64,000 bases of DNA from a virus, in the IMG/VR virus record IMGVR_UViG_3300042154_001567, positions 1-64,000 of that record; one strand, given 5' to 3'. Below, piece after piece: positions 8,450 to 16,256 of the stretch (position 1 is the stretch's first letter; each line of letters opens with the position of its first letter). A program made the translations under genes and the position numbers. The notes beneath the pieces are model-generated. The model worked only from the letters and a program-made list of their open reading frames with translations. It was not told the origin of the DNA and did no database searches.

Positions 8450-8737
8450 ATGGCAATACCTAAAAAAACAGAGATTAAAGTACCTTCGGCAATGCCAATA
8501 TCATTTGAGCAGTTTAGCAAGGATCCCGTAAAAGGATTATTGTTTATTGTTCTAGCCGCTATTGGTTATTTATATGTGGATGGTAAAATGAATTATACTA
8601 AGCAGATAGATAAATATAATACAGAAGTGATTATGTTAAATCAAAAGGTTGATAAGTTGACAGAGCATATTAGAAAAAGTGATTCAACGCTTGGCTATAT
8701 GATTTCAAAGGTTGAAATGTTACAAATATTAAAATGA
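8450..8737 (+). CDS. Single-TM coiled-coil protein (possible lysis accessory)
   Basis: One TM helix followed by a heptad region. Confidence 0.65.
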   Translation: MAIPKKTEIKVPSAMPISFEQFSKDPVKGLLFIVLAAIGYLYVDGKMNYTKQIDKYNTEVIMLNQKVDKLTEHIRKSDSTLGYMISKVEMLQILK

Positions 8738-9060
8738 GAATAGCAATTATACTTATACTTTTGATGACTGTTGTGCTTGCACAACCACCAAAGATGGTAG
8801 ACCCTAAAGAAAAAGAGTTAGATGCCCTTATGGCAAAATCTCAAGATAGATTAAAAAAGATTACTATTCTTACAAAACAGATTGATAAGATGTCTTCAAG
8901 CAAGGTAAGTGGCATGAAAGAAAGTATAGAAACATTACAGGAAGAAAAAATACAATTAAAAAATGAATTACAAGAAACTAAAGCAGTTGTTGAGTTTAAC
9001 TCTACTGATAAATCTACCCCTTTTAACCTTGAGCCAATCATATCCGACTCAACGAATTGA
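8734..9060 (+). CDS. Signal/anchor plus coiled-coil protein (spanin-like?)
   Basis: N-terminal hydrophobic segment, coiled coil; ATGA overlap with the previous gene. Confidence 0.6.
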   Translation: MRIAIILILLMTVVLAQPPKMVDPKEKELDALMAKSQDRLKKITILTKQIDKMSSSKVSGMKESIETLQEEKIQLKNELQETKAVVEFNSTDKSTPFNLEPIISDSTN

Positions 9061-9409
9061 GGGTAAGGATACCGTTGTTGTAATGACAAAGAAACAAGCG
9101 GAGAATATCAATATTGTATTTAAAAATACTAAAACTCAGATTGATAAACTTAAGATAGAGATTGACTCTATTACTAAGATTAAGCCTACCTTAGTCAGAG
9201 ATACGTTATATAAGCGTGGTTCTATTCTAATCCCTAATGGGAACTATTTGCTTTATAACTTTAATGAGTCAGAGAATAGATATGAACTAGACCCTAACTC
9301 TGTTATAGCGGCTAAAGGCACAGATGATGAAGCTACTACTAAGAAAGATGTAATCATTACTACTATAGGATTTATTACCGTATTTAGTTTATTTTTTATA
9401 TTATTATAA
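8963..9409 (+). CDS. Exported protein with C-terminal TM helix (spanin-like?)
   Basis: Signal peptide, short coiled coil, C-terminal TM; overlaps the previous gene by 98 nt. Confidence 0.6.
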   Translation: MNYKKLKQLLSLTLLINLPLLTLSQSYPTQRIEGKDTVVVMTKKQAENINIVFKNTKTQIDKLKIEIDSITKIKPTLVRDTLYKRGSILIPNGNYLLYNFNESENRYELDPNSVIAAKGTDDEATTKKDVIITTIGFITVFSLFFILL

Positions 9410-9419
9410 TAGAATTAAC

Positions 9420-9524
9420 ATGAAGAAGACAGATAAGAAAAAAGTAATACCCAAAGGATATCATATGATGCCTGATGGAAAGATTATGAAGGATAGTGCC
9501 CATAAAAAAACTAAAAAGAAGTAA
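9420..9524 (+). CDS. 34-aa basic peptide with HxMPDG motif
   Basis: Read manually: MKKTDKKKVIPKGYHMMPDGKIMKDSAHKKTKKK*. Confidence 0.65.
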   Translation: MKKTDKKKVIPKGYHMMPDGKIMKDSAHKKTKKK

Positions 9525-9555
9525 TGTCAATCTTCCTATTAAAGGAATATCATGA

Positions 9556-9813
9556 GTGTATATGAAAGAAATTGATTTGATTAAACTTGGATTTGAACGT
9601 TTTGATGAAACACCTGAGTCAAGTGGCAGCCCACAACCTTGGTATTATTATACTAAGGATGTGGGTGAGGTGGGGTTTTTATCTTGTGATAGTGATTCAG
9701 ATCAAGCTAAAGCCGATAAATGGACCGTTGATGTTTTAGACGGAAAAATTGTTTTTACTAAAGCGTCAGAACTGAAAATCGTAATTGCTTTATTAGAAAA
9801 AAATAAAATATAA
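9556..9813 (+). CDS. Hypothetical protein
   Basis: 85-aa ORF, LIKLGF N-terminal motif. Confidence 0.7.
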   Translation: MYMKEIDLIKLGFERFDETPESSGSPQPWYYYTKDVGEVGFLSCDSDSDQAKADKWTVDVLDGKIVFTKASELKIVIALLEKNKI

Positions 9814-9851
9814 AAAAAATCATTAAACTTTTTTTATTTAAACTATTATTA

Positions 9852-9859
9852 TATATTTG
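9852..9859 (+). promoter_or_regulatory. Bacteroidota-type -7 promoter element TATATTTG
   Basis: Matches TAnnTTTG; also intergenic at ~41081, 41945 and 42545. Confidence 0.55.
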
Positions 9860-9889
9860 TAATATATTGTTTAACTTAAAAATAAAAAA

Positions 9890-10198
9890 ATGGCACAATC
9901 AACAACCAACAATCCTTTAGATGAGAAAGAACCTATCTTAACTAAAGAAGAATTAAACGCACGTAGAGAAGAAATTAGTGCATTCTACAAAGACAACATT
10001 CCACATTTAGAAGTACAAGCAGAGTATGAAATGCTTTTAGCTACTATTGAGAAATCAAGAGCTGAAAGATTACAGGCTCAAATGTATATGGCACAAGCCT
10101 ATGCTTCTCAAAAAGAAGGTGGACAAGTACCAGCTGATTCAGAAGAAGCAAGAGCTTTTAAAGAAGCAATGGAAAATGCTGCATCTCAAATTGACTAA
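9890..10198 (+). CDS. Helical hypothetical protein
   Basis: 102-aa ORF. Confidence 0.75.
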   Translation: MAQSTTNNPLDEKEPILTKEELNARREEISAFYKDNIPHLEVQAEYEMLLATIEKSRAERLQAQMYMAQAYASQKEGGQVPADSEEARAFKEAMENAASQID

Positions 10199-10201
10199 AC
10201 A

Positions 10202-11125
10202 ATGAAGATGTTAAAAAGTGGGGATTCTGGACCTGATGTTCAGACCCTCCAATCCAAACTCTTATTAAAGCAGGATGCTCAATTTGGACCTGCTACAGAA
10301 AAAGCTGTAATCAGATTTCAACTATCTAATAATCTGCCAGTTACAGGAATTGTAGACTCAGATATGTGGACATTGTTGTTTAACAAAGTACCTACAATTC
10401 AAGAAGCTATTGATGAAGATTCAGATATATCTGATCAAATATTCAAAACTAATTATAATCAAATAATTCATAAATATTATTTATCTCCAAAAGAATATAT
10501 TAAGGGACCAATTAAAAATGAATATATATTTTTACATCATACAGCAGGAAATAACAATCCTTTTGCTTGTGTTGATATGTGGAATAAAGATGATAGAGGA
10601 GCTATTGGAACTGAATTTGTTTTAGGTGGTAAAAATTGCCACAATGGTGATGCAAAATATGATGGTAGAATGGTTCAAGCTTTTCCAGCAGGAAACCAAG
10701 GTTGGCATTTAGGTTTAACTAAATCAGGCTGGATGAATAGACACTCTGTAGGTTTAGAAATTTGTTCAATGGGGCAACTTACTAAAGATTATAAAACCTA
10801 TGTAGGAACTGTTGCTCATCCAGATGAAGTAACAACATTAAAGGAAGCTTTCAAAGGCTTTTTATACTGGCATGCATATTCAGACAAACAAATTAAAGAA
10901 ACTGAAAAGTGGATTAAGTATGTTGCTGAAAGAGATAGTGTTGATGTAAGGTTGGGTTTAAAACAATTAATACAAAAGTACGGTGCAACTAAAGCATTTG
11001 AATATAATGAAGATGCAGCTAGTGGAAAAATTAAAGGATTATTAACACATACCAATGTAAGAAAGGATAAGTTTGATTGTTATCCTCATCCTGACTTAGT
11101 TGATATGATAATGAGTTTAAAATAA
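10202..11125 (+). CDS. Endolysin: PG-binding domain plus N-acetylmuramoyl-L-alanine amidase (Amidase_2 type)
   Basis: LKSGDSGPDVQTLQ..FGPATEKAVIRFQ..L.VTGIVD PG-binding domain; LHHTAG, SVGLEIC and LTH...K.D motifs. Confidence 0.9.
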   Translation: MKMLKSGDSGPDVQTLQSKLLLKQDAQFGPATEKAVIRFQLSNNLPVTGIVDSDMWTLLFNKVPTIQEAIDEDSDISDQIFKTNYNQIIHKYYLSPKEYIKGPIKNEYIFLHHTAGNNNPFACVDMWNKDDRGAIGTEFVLGGKNCHNGDAKYDGRMVQAFPAGNQGWHLGLTKSGWMNRHSVGLEICSMGQLTKDYKTYVGTVAHPDEVTTLKEAFKGFLYWHAYSDKQIKETEKWIKYVAERDSVDVRLGLKQLIQKYGATKAFEYNEDAASGKIKGLLTHTNVRKDKFDCYPHPDLVDMIMSLK

Positions 11126-11496
11126 TGGCTATAGTAAACAAAGTAGATTTAAAATTACAAGTAGATATTAATGAAACCATTAAGTATCAGATACTTACAT
11201 ATTGTTTTTTTGAAAATATTTTAATTAGTAATTCAGATCTTAAATGTTTAATGGAATTATCCAAGCAACCAAAAATTGAATTAACTAAATTTTGTATATT
11301 TTTGACTGAACATAAAATATTTAAAAGTCCACAATCAGCTAGAAATGCTTTAGCAAAAGCAGAAAAGAAAAAATTAATAGTTAAGAATGGTGTAAATAAA
11401 AAGACTATTTCAATTAACAAAATTATTAATGTTCAAATAGATGGTTTGGTATTGTTAGACTATAAGATATTAGGTCGTGAATCCCAAGAAGCATAA
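11125..11496 (+). CDS. Hypothetical protein, possible wHTH
   Basis: 123 aa, translationally coupled to the amidase. Confidence 0.7.
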   Translation: MAIVNKVDLKLQVDINETIKYQILTYCFFENILISNSDLKCLMELSKQPKIELTKFCIFLTEHKIFKSPQSARNALAKAEKKKLIVKNGVNKKTISINKIINVQIDGLVLLDYKILGRESQEA

Positions 11497-11830
11497 GGAC
11501 TTTAAAGAGGGTATAGCTGATGAAGTTGGTGTACACCCGCGAGTAGTGGATGATTTTATATCTTTTTATTATAGTAAATTAAGAAAGAAATTATCTGCAC
11601 TTGAATATCCTAGGATAAATGTAGATGGATTGGGAACCTTTTATTTGAGAAAGACTAAATTAGAAAACTCAATTAAAAAGAATAAAAGCATGCTGGGTAA
11701 TTTAACTAAAAGAACATACAATGGTTATGCTCAAAGTGAAACTATACAAAGCAATATTGAACAAATGTGTAAAGCATTAGATCAAATGGAAGCTGATATA
11801 TTAACAAAAAAAGAATTTAAAGCCAAGTAA
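11477..11830 (+). CDS. HU/IHF-like DNA-binding protein
   Basis: IADEVGV...VDDFI...INVDGLGTF pattern. Confidence 0.7.
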   Translation: MNPKKHKDFKEGIADEVGVHPRVVDDFISFYYSKLRKKLSALEYPRINVDGLGTFYLRKTKLENSIKKNKSMLGNLTKRTYNGYAQSETIQSNIEQMCKALDQMEADILTKKEFKAK

Positions 11831-11831
11831 T

Positions 11832-12149
11832 ATGGAAGGAAAATGGAAAAAATATTTAGCAGCATTTAAAAATGTTGACCAAATAGTAGAAGGAATTAAG
11901 AATAACATATTTAAAAAAGAACACATTGAAGCTGTAGCTACAGATAGATTTCAAGTATGCATTAAGTGTTCTTTATTTGATGCTTCTGGAGATAATTGTT
12001 TAGCTCCTGGTACACAACCATGTTGTTCAGATTGTGGATGCAGTCTAGCCTTTAAGGTGAGATCATTATCAACATCTTGTCCTAAAGGATTTTGGGATTC
12101 TTTAATGACTGAAGAATTGGAAGAAAAAATAAATAAACAAATAAAATAA
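11832..12149 (+). CDS. Cys-rich Zn-binding protein
   Basis: R..VCIKC...CSDCGC.L..K.R.....CPKGFW. Confidence 0.75.
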   Translation: MEGKWKKYLAAFKNVDQIVEGIKNNIFKKEHIEAVATDRFQVCIKCSLFDASGDNCLAPGTQPCCSDCGCSLAFKVRSLSTSCPKGFWDSLMTEELEEKINKQIK

Positions 12150-12961
12150 TGGCTATAATATTTAAAGAAGATGGACATACTTATGAAAGTATAGAGGAAG
12201 ATAACATTGAATGGTTAAGTGTTACATCTCTTGTAAGTAAGTTTAAACCTAAGTTTGATAAAGAAGGACAGGCTAAAAAATCTGCAAAGAATAAAAATTC
12301 TAAGTGGTATGGTATGACTGCAGAACAAATAATAGAAGCTTGGGATAATGAAACACAAAGAGCTGTTACTCTTGGTAACTTTTATCATAACCAAAGAGAA
12401 TCTGATATGCTTGATTTTAAAACTATTGAGCGTAATGGAATTGAAGTACCTATTATTAAACCACTTATAAATGATGAGGGTATAAAATTAGCACCAGAAC
12501 AAAAGTTATCTGATGGTGTATATCCAGAGCATTTAGTTTATTTAAAATCTGTAGGACTTTGTGGCCAAGCAGATGTTGTAGAAGTTGTAGATGGTTATAT
12601 TAATATCAATGATTACAAAACTAATAAAGAAATTAAAGAAAAAGGATATACTAATTGGGAGGGTATTACAAGTAAAATGTTTAAACCTATTAATCACTTA
12701 GATGATTGTAATTTAATGCATTATTCTTTACAACTCAGTATTTATGCGTATATTATTAAAAAGCATAACCCTTCTTTAAAGATTGGTAAACTTACAATTC
12801 AACATGTTAAGTTTAAACAGATAGGTGAAGACGCAAACGGATATCCAATAAATGAACACTATAATGGAGAACCCATTTTAGATGAAATCAAAATGTATGA
12901 AGTTCCTTATTTAAAGGATGAAGTTAATTCATTAATGATGTGGTTAAAAGATAATAAATAA
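12149..12961 (+). CDS. PD-(D/E)XK exonuclease (Cas4/lambda-exo-like)
   Basis: SVTSL, G...H, E, GQAD, INDYKT and Y.LQLSIY motifs. Confidence 0.85.
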   Translation: MAIIFKEDGHTYESIEEDNIEWLSVTSLVSKFKPKFDKEGQAKKSAKNKNSKWYGMTAEQIIEAWDNETQRAVTLGNFYHNQRESDMLDFKTIERNGIEVPIIKPLINDEGIKLAPEQKLSDGVYPEHLVYLKSVGLCGQADVVEVVDGYININDYKTNKEIKEKGYTNWEGITSKMFKPINHLDDCNLMHYSLQLSIYAYIIKKHNPSLKIGKLTIQHVKFKQIGEDANGYPINEHYNGEPILDEIKMYEVPYLKDEVNSLMMWLKDNK

Positions 12962-12965
12962 AACT

Positions 12966-13235
12966 ATGGCAAGTATAACAATTACACAAATACAACTAGA
13001 AATAGCAACACTTCCAAATAGTCCTGCACCACTAAATTTATATTGGAATTCATCTAGTGCATCACAAATAAGCATAGATCCTACAAAAATTATTGGAGTA
13101 GGTTATGTTTGGGATCCTACAGCAACAGTTTATATACCAGGTATAATACAAATATATTTATCAGGTCCTTTTAATATTTATAGTACAGCTTCTTATGAAT
13201 CAATAGTTGCTTATATGAATCCTACATTAACTTAA
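12966..13235 (+). CDS. Small hypothetical protein
   Basis: 89-aa ORF filling the operon gap. Confidence 0.6.
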   Translation: MASITITQIQLEIATLPNSPAPLNLYWNSSSASQISIDPTKIIGVGYVWDPTATVYIPGIIQIYLSGPFNIYSTASYESIVAYMNPTLT

Positions 13236-13237
13236 TT

Positions 13238-13756
13238 ATGTTAGTAAGACTATTTGACATCCAGAACAGTAAGGTAATTCCATCAGAACATTGCTATGCT
13301 TTACCTTTTTTAAATGCCATTATGGAAAATTATCCTGATAGTTATTTAAAAATCTATCAGTATATATTTTATATGAGTTGTCCTAATCCAGATATGAATC
13401 CGTTTTTTAATATACCAGAACATGAAAAAGAAGATATCATTATTGAAGAAGTTCAATTAGAAGATTCACCAGAAGATCCTAAAATAAGATATGCATTAGA
13501 CATGTGTTATAAGTTATATGAAACACCTACATTTAGAGCTTACAAAGGTATTAAATCAATGCTTGATAGATTGGCTAAATACATGGAAGTAACTGCTATT
13601 GAACATGGTAGAGATGGTAACATAAACTCTATGGTAAATGCAGCATCTAAATTTGAGCAGATTAGACAATCATATAAAGGGGCCTTTATTGATATGAAAC
13701 AAGAACAAGAAAGTTCTGTACGTGGTGGTGCAGGATTAGCATATGACCAAATATAA
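13238..13756 (+). CDS. Conserved protein upstream of TerL (terminase small subunit candidate)
   Basis: Helical 172 aa; call rests on position only. Confidence 0.5.
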   Translation: MLVRLFDIQNSKVIPSEHCYALPFLNAIMENYPDSYLKIYQYIFYMSCPNPDMNPFFNIPEHEKEDIIIEEVQLEDSPEDPKIRYALDMCYKLYETPTFRAYKGIKSMLDRLAKYMEVTAIEHGRDGNINSMVNAASKFEQIRQSYKGAFIDMKQEQESSVRGGAGLAYDQI

Positions 13757-13777
13757 TAAACCATTAAAATCAAAAAT

Positions 13778-14056
13778 ATGACACAACAAGTAATACCAGT
13801 AGGTAAAAAATTATTAATTAAACAAAAAAAAGCTGAAACATTTTTTAAAAACACAAGTATTATTATACCTGATGCAGCTCAAAAATTTGAAAATAAAGGT
13901 ACTGTAGTAGCTGTGGGTGAGGGTATTACAGAAATCAAAATAGGTGATGAGGTTCAATATAGTGAGCATTGTTTACCAACGTCTATGATGCATGATAATG
14001 AAGAACATTTACTGATCCATGAAGGTGATGTATTTGCAAAATTCAAGTATGTATAA
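13778..14056 (+). CDS. groES: GroES-like co-chaperonin
   Basis: P.G.KLLI...SIIIPD.A.....GTVVAVGEG...IKIGDEV.Y......LLIHEGDV.A. Confidence 0.9.
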   Translation: MTQQVIPVGKKLLIKQKKAETFFKNTSIIIPDAAQKFENKGTVVAVGEGITEIKIGDEVQYSEHCLPTSMMHDNEEHLLIHEGDVFAKFKYV

Positions 14057-16235
14057 ATCCATACCTACATATAAAAATAATTCTTGGACAACTACGGAAT
14101 TTGATACTAGGCAAGATTTTATAGACTATGTTTTAAGTATATTTAATGTTCCTGGGCATTATGAGTTTAATGAACTTTCTTTTAAGTTTAATGAACAAGC
14201 TCAAATATTTAATGAACAGGGGTTTTATTGTAATAAACCATTTAGGTCTAAAGATTTTACTGACTATTGGGAAGATCAAAAAATCAAATGTAGAGAGGGA
14301 GTTATTTATGATGATGGAGATAAAAGCTGGTATTTAACCAGAGACTACTATATGTGGTTAAACTTCTTACCTATCTTTGATAAGGAAGAAAAGAAGTATG
14401 GTTTTGCTAAAGTACGTGATGCTCAGTATCATATGGCTTTGTATGAACAACTTGCAGAACTACATTACAAACATTCAGCTATATTAAAGAAACGTCAGAT
14501 AGCATCTTCATATTTTCATATGGGTAAAATTATTAATACCTATTGGTTTGAGGAAGGTAGTATCTGTAAGATTGGTGCATCACTTAAAGATTTTATAAAT
14601 GACAAAGGTTCATGGAAATTTTTAGATGAATATAAAACCTTCTTAAATGAACATACTGCTTGGTATAGACCAAGTAATCCAGAAAAAGTTTTGTTATGGC
14701 AACAACAAATTGAAGTTAAAATTGGTAATAGAAAAACAGCAAGAGGATTAAAGTCAAAAATACAAGGAGGTTCATTTGAAAAAAATGCAACTACTGGAGT
14801 AGGTGGACCTTGTTCCTATTTCTTTCATGAGGAAGCCGGCATTGCTCCAAAGATGTCTGAAACATATGAGTACTTACGTCCTGCTATGTCTTCAGGTATG
14901 ATTACTACAGGTATGTTTATTGCTGCTGGTTCAGTGGGAGATTTAGAACAATGTAATCCTTTGAAAGAAATGATTACTAACCCAGTAGCAAATGACATAT
15001 ATGCTGTAGAAACTGACCTTATTGATGCAGATGGTACAATAGGTATGGCAGGATTATTTATTCCAGAACAATGGTCAATGCCTCCATACATTGATGACTA
15101 CGGAAACTCATTAGTAAAAGAAGCTGAAGTAGCAATCCATGAAGAAAGAGAAAGATGGAAGAATGAATTAAATGGTGAACAGTTTCAATTAAGGATATCT
15201 CAAAAACCTTTAAACATTGCAGAAGCTTTTGCATATAGAAAAGCATCTGTATTTCCACAAGGTATTCTTAGTAGACAACAAAAAAGAATTGAAGAAAAAG
15301 AATATCCTTATGAACTTATTGAATTAGATAGAGATGAGAAAGGTATATTTGCTAAAAGAACAAACAAACTTCCAATAAGCAGATTCCCTGTAGACAGGAA
15401 ACAAGTGGATAAGACGGGAAGTATTGTTGTTTGGGAACGTCCAGTCAAGAGTCCAGAGTTCGGGGCTTATTACGCCTCTATTGACCCTGTATCAGAAGGC
15501 AAGACAACTACATCAGATTCCTTGTGTAGTATTTTTGTTTATAAGAATGCAACAGAGGTTACAAGGACTATGATATCTGGAGATGTAGAACAATTTTTAG
15601 AGAAAGATAAAATTGTAGCATCTTGGTGTGGTAGATTTGATGATATTAATAAAACACATGAAAGATTAGAATTAATTATAGAATGGTATAATGCCTGGAC
15701 TATAGTTGAGAATAACATATCTTTGTTTATACAACATATGATTTCTAGAAAGAAACAAAGATATTTAGTACCTAAACAACAAATCTTATTTTTAAAAGAT
15801 CTTGGTTCAAACAATACTGTTTATCAAGAATATGGATGGAAAAATACAGGTACATTATTTAAAAGCCATTTGATATCATATGCAATTGAGTTTTTAAGAG
15901 AAGTTATAGATGAAGAAACTGATGTCAGTGGTGTTGTTACAAATCAAACATTAGGTGTTGAAAGAATACCTGATGGAATGTTAATAAAAGAAATGCTTGC
16001 ATATTATCCTGGACTTAACGTGGATAGATTAGTGGCATTTGGAGCTTTAATAGCTTTTGTAAAAATACAACAATCAAACAGGGGTTTTTCAAAAAGACGT
16101 GAATCAGAAGAAAAATCTTTGGTAAATTCAGAAAATTTGTATAAATTAAAGTATAGTCCGTTTAAAAATATTGGACGTAGAGGAAACAATACTGGAAATA
16201 CAATTAAAAGATCAGGCTTCAAAAATTATAAATAA
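14049..16235 (+). CDS. terL: Terminase large subunit
   Basis: LKKRQIASS Walker A-like, FFHEEAG Walker B, SIDP RNase H motif, C-terminal DR; start probably MYKSIP at 14049. Confidence 0.92.
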   Translation: MYKSIPTYKNNSWTTTEFDTRQDFIDYVLSIFNVPGHYEFNELSFKFNEQAQIFNEQGFYCNKPFRSKDFTDYWEDQKIKCREGVIYDDGDKSWYLTRDYYMWLNFLPIFDKEEKKYGFAKVRDAQYHMALYEQLAELHYKHSAILKKRQIASSYFHMGKIINTYWFEEGSICKIGASLKDFINDKGSWKFLDEYKTFLNEHTAWYRPSNPEKVLLWQQQIEVKIGNRKTARGLKSKIQGGSFEKNATTGVGGPCSYFFHEEAGIAPKMSETYEYLRPAMSSGMITTGMFIAAGSVGDLEQCNPLKEMITNPVANDIYAVETDLIDADGTIGMAGLFIPEQWSMPPYIDDYGNSLVKEAEVAIHEERERWKNELNGEQFQLRISQKPLNIAEAFAYRKASVFPQGILSRQQKRIEEKEYPYELIELDRDEKGIFAKRTNKLPISRFPVDRKQVDKTGSIVVWERPVKSPEFGAYYASIDPVSEGKTTTSDSLCSIFVYKNATEVTRTMISGDVEQFLEKDKIVASWCGRFDDINKTHERLELIIEWYNAWTIVENNISLFIQHMISRKKQRYLVPKQQILFLKDLGSNNTVYQEYGWKNTGTLFKSHLISYAIEFLREVIDEETDVSGVVTNQTLGVERIPDGMLIKEMLAYYPGLNVDRLVAFGALIAFVKIQQSNRGFSKRRESEEKSLVNSENLYKLKYSPFKNIGRRGNNTGNTIKRSGFKNYK

Positions 16236-16256
16236 ATTAACTAAATTAAATTTAGA

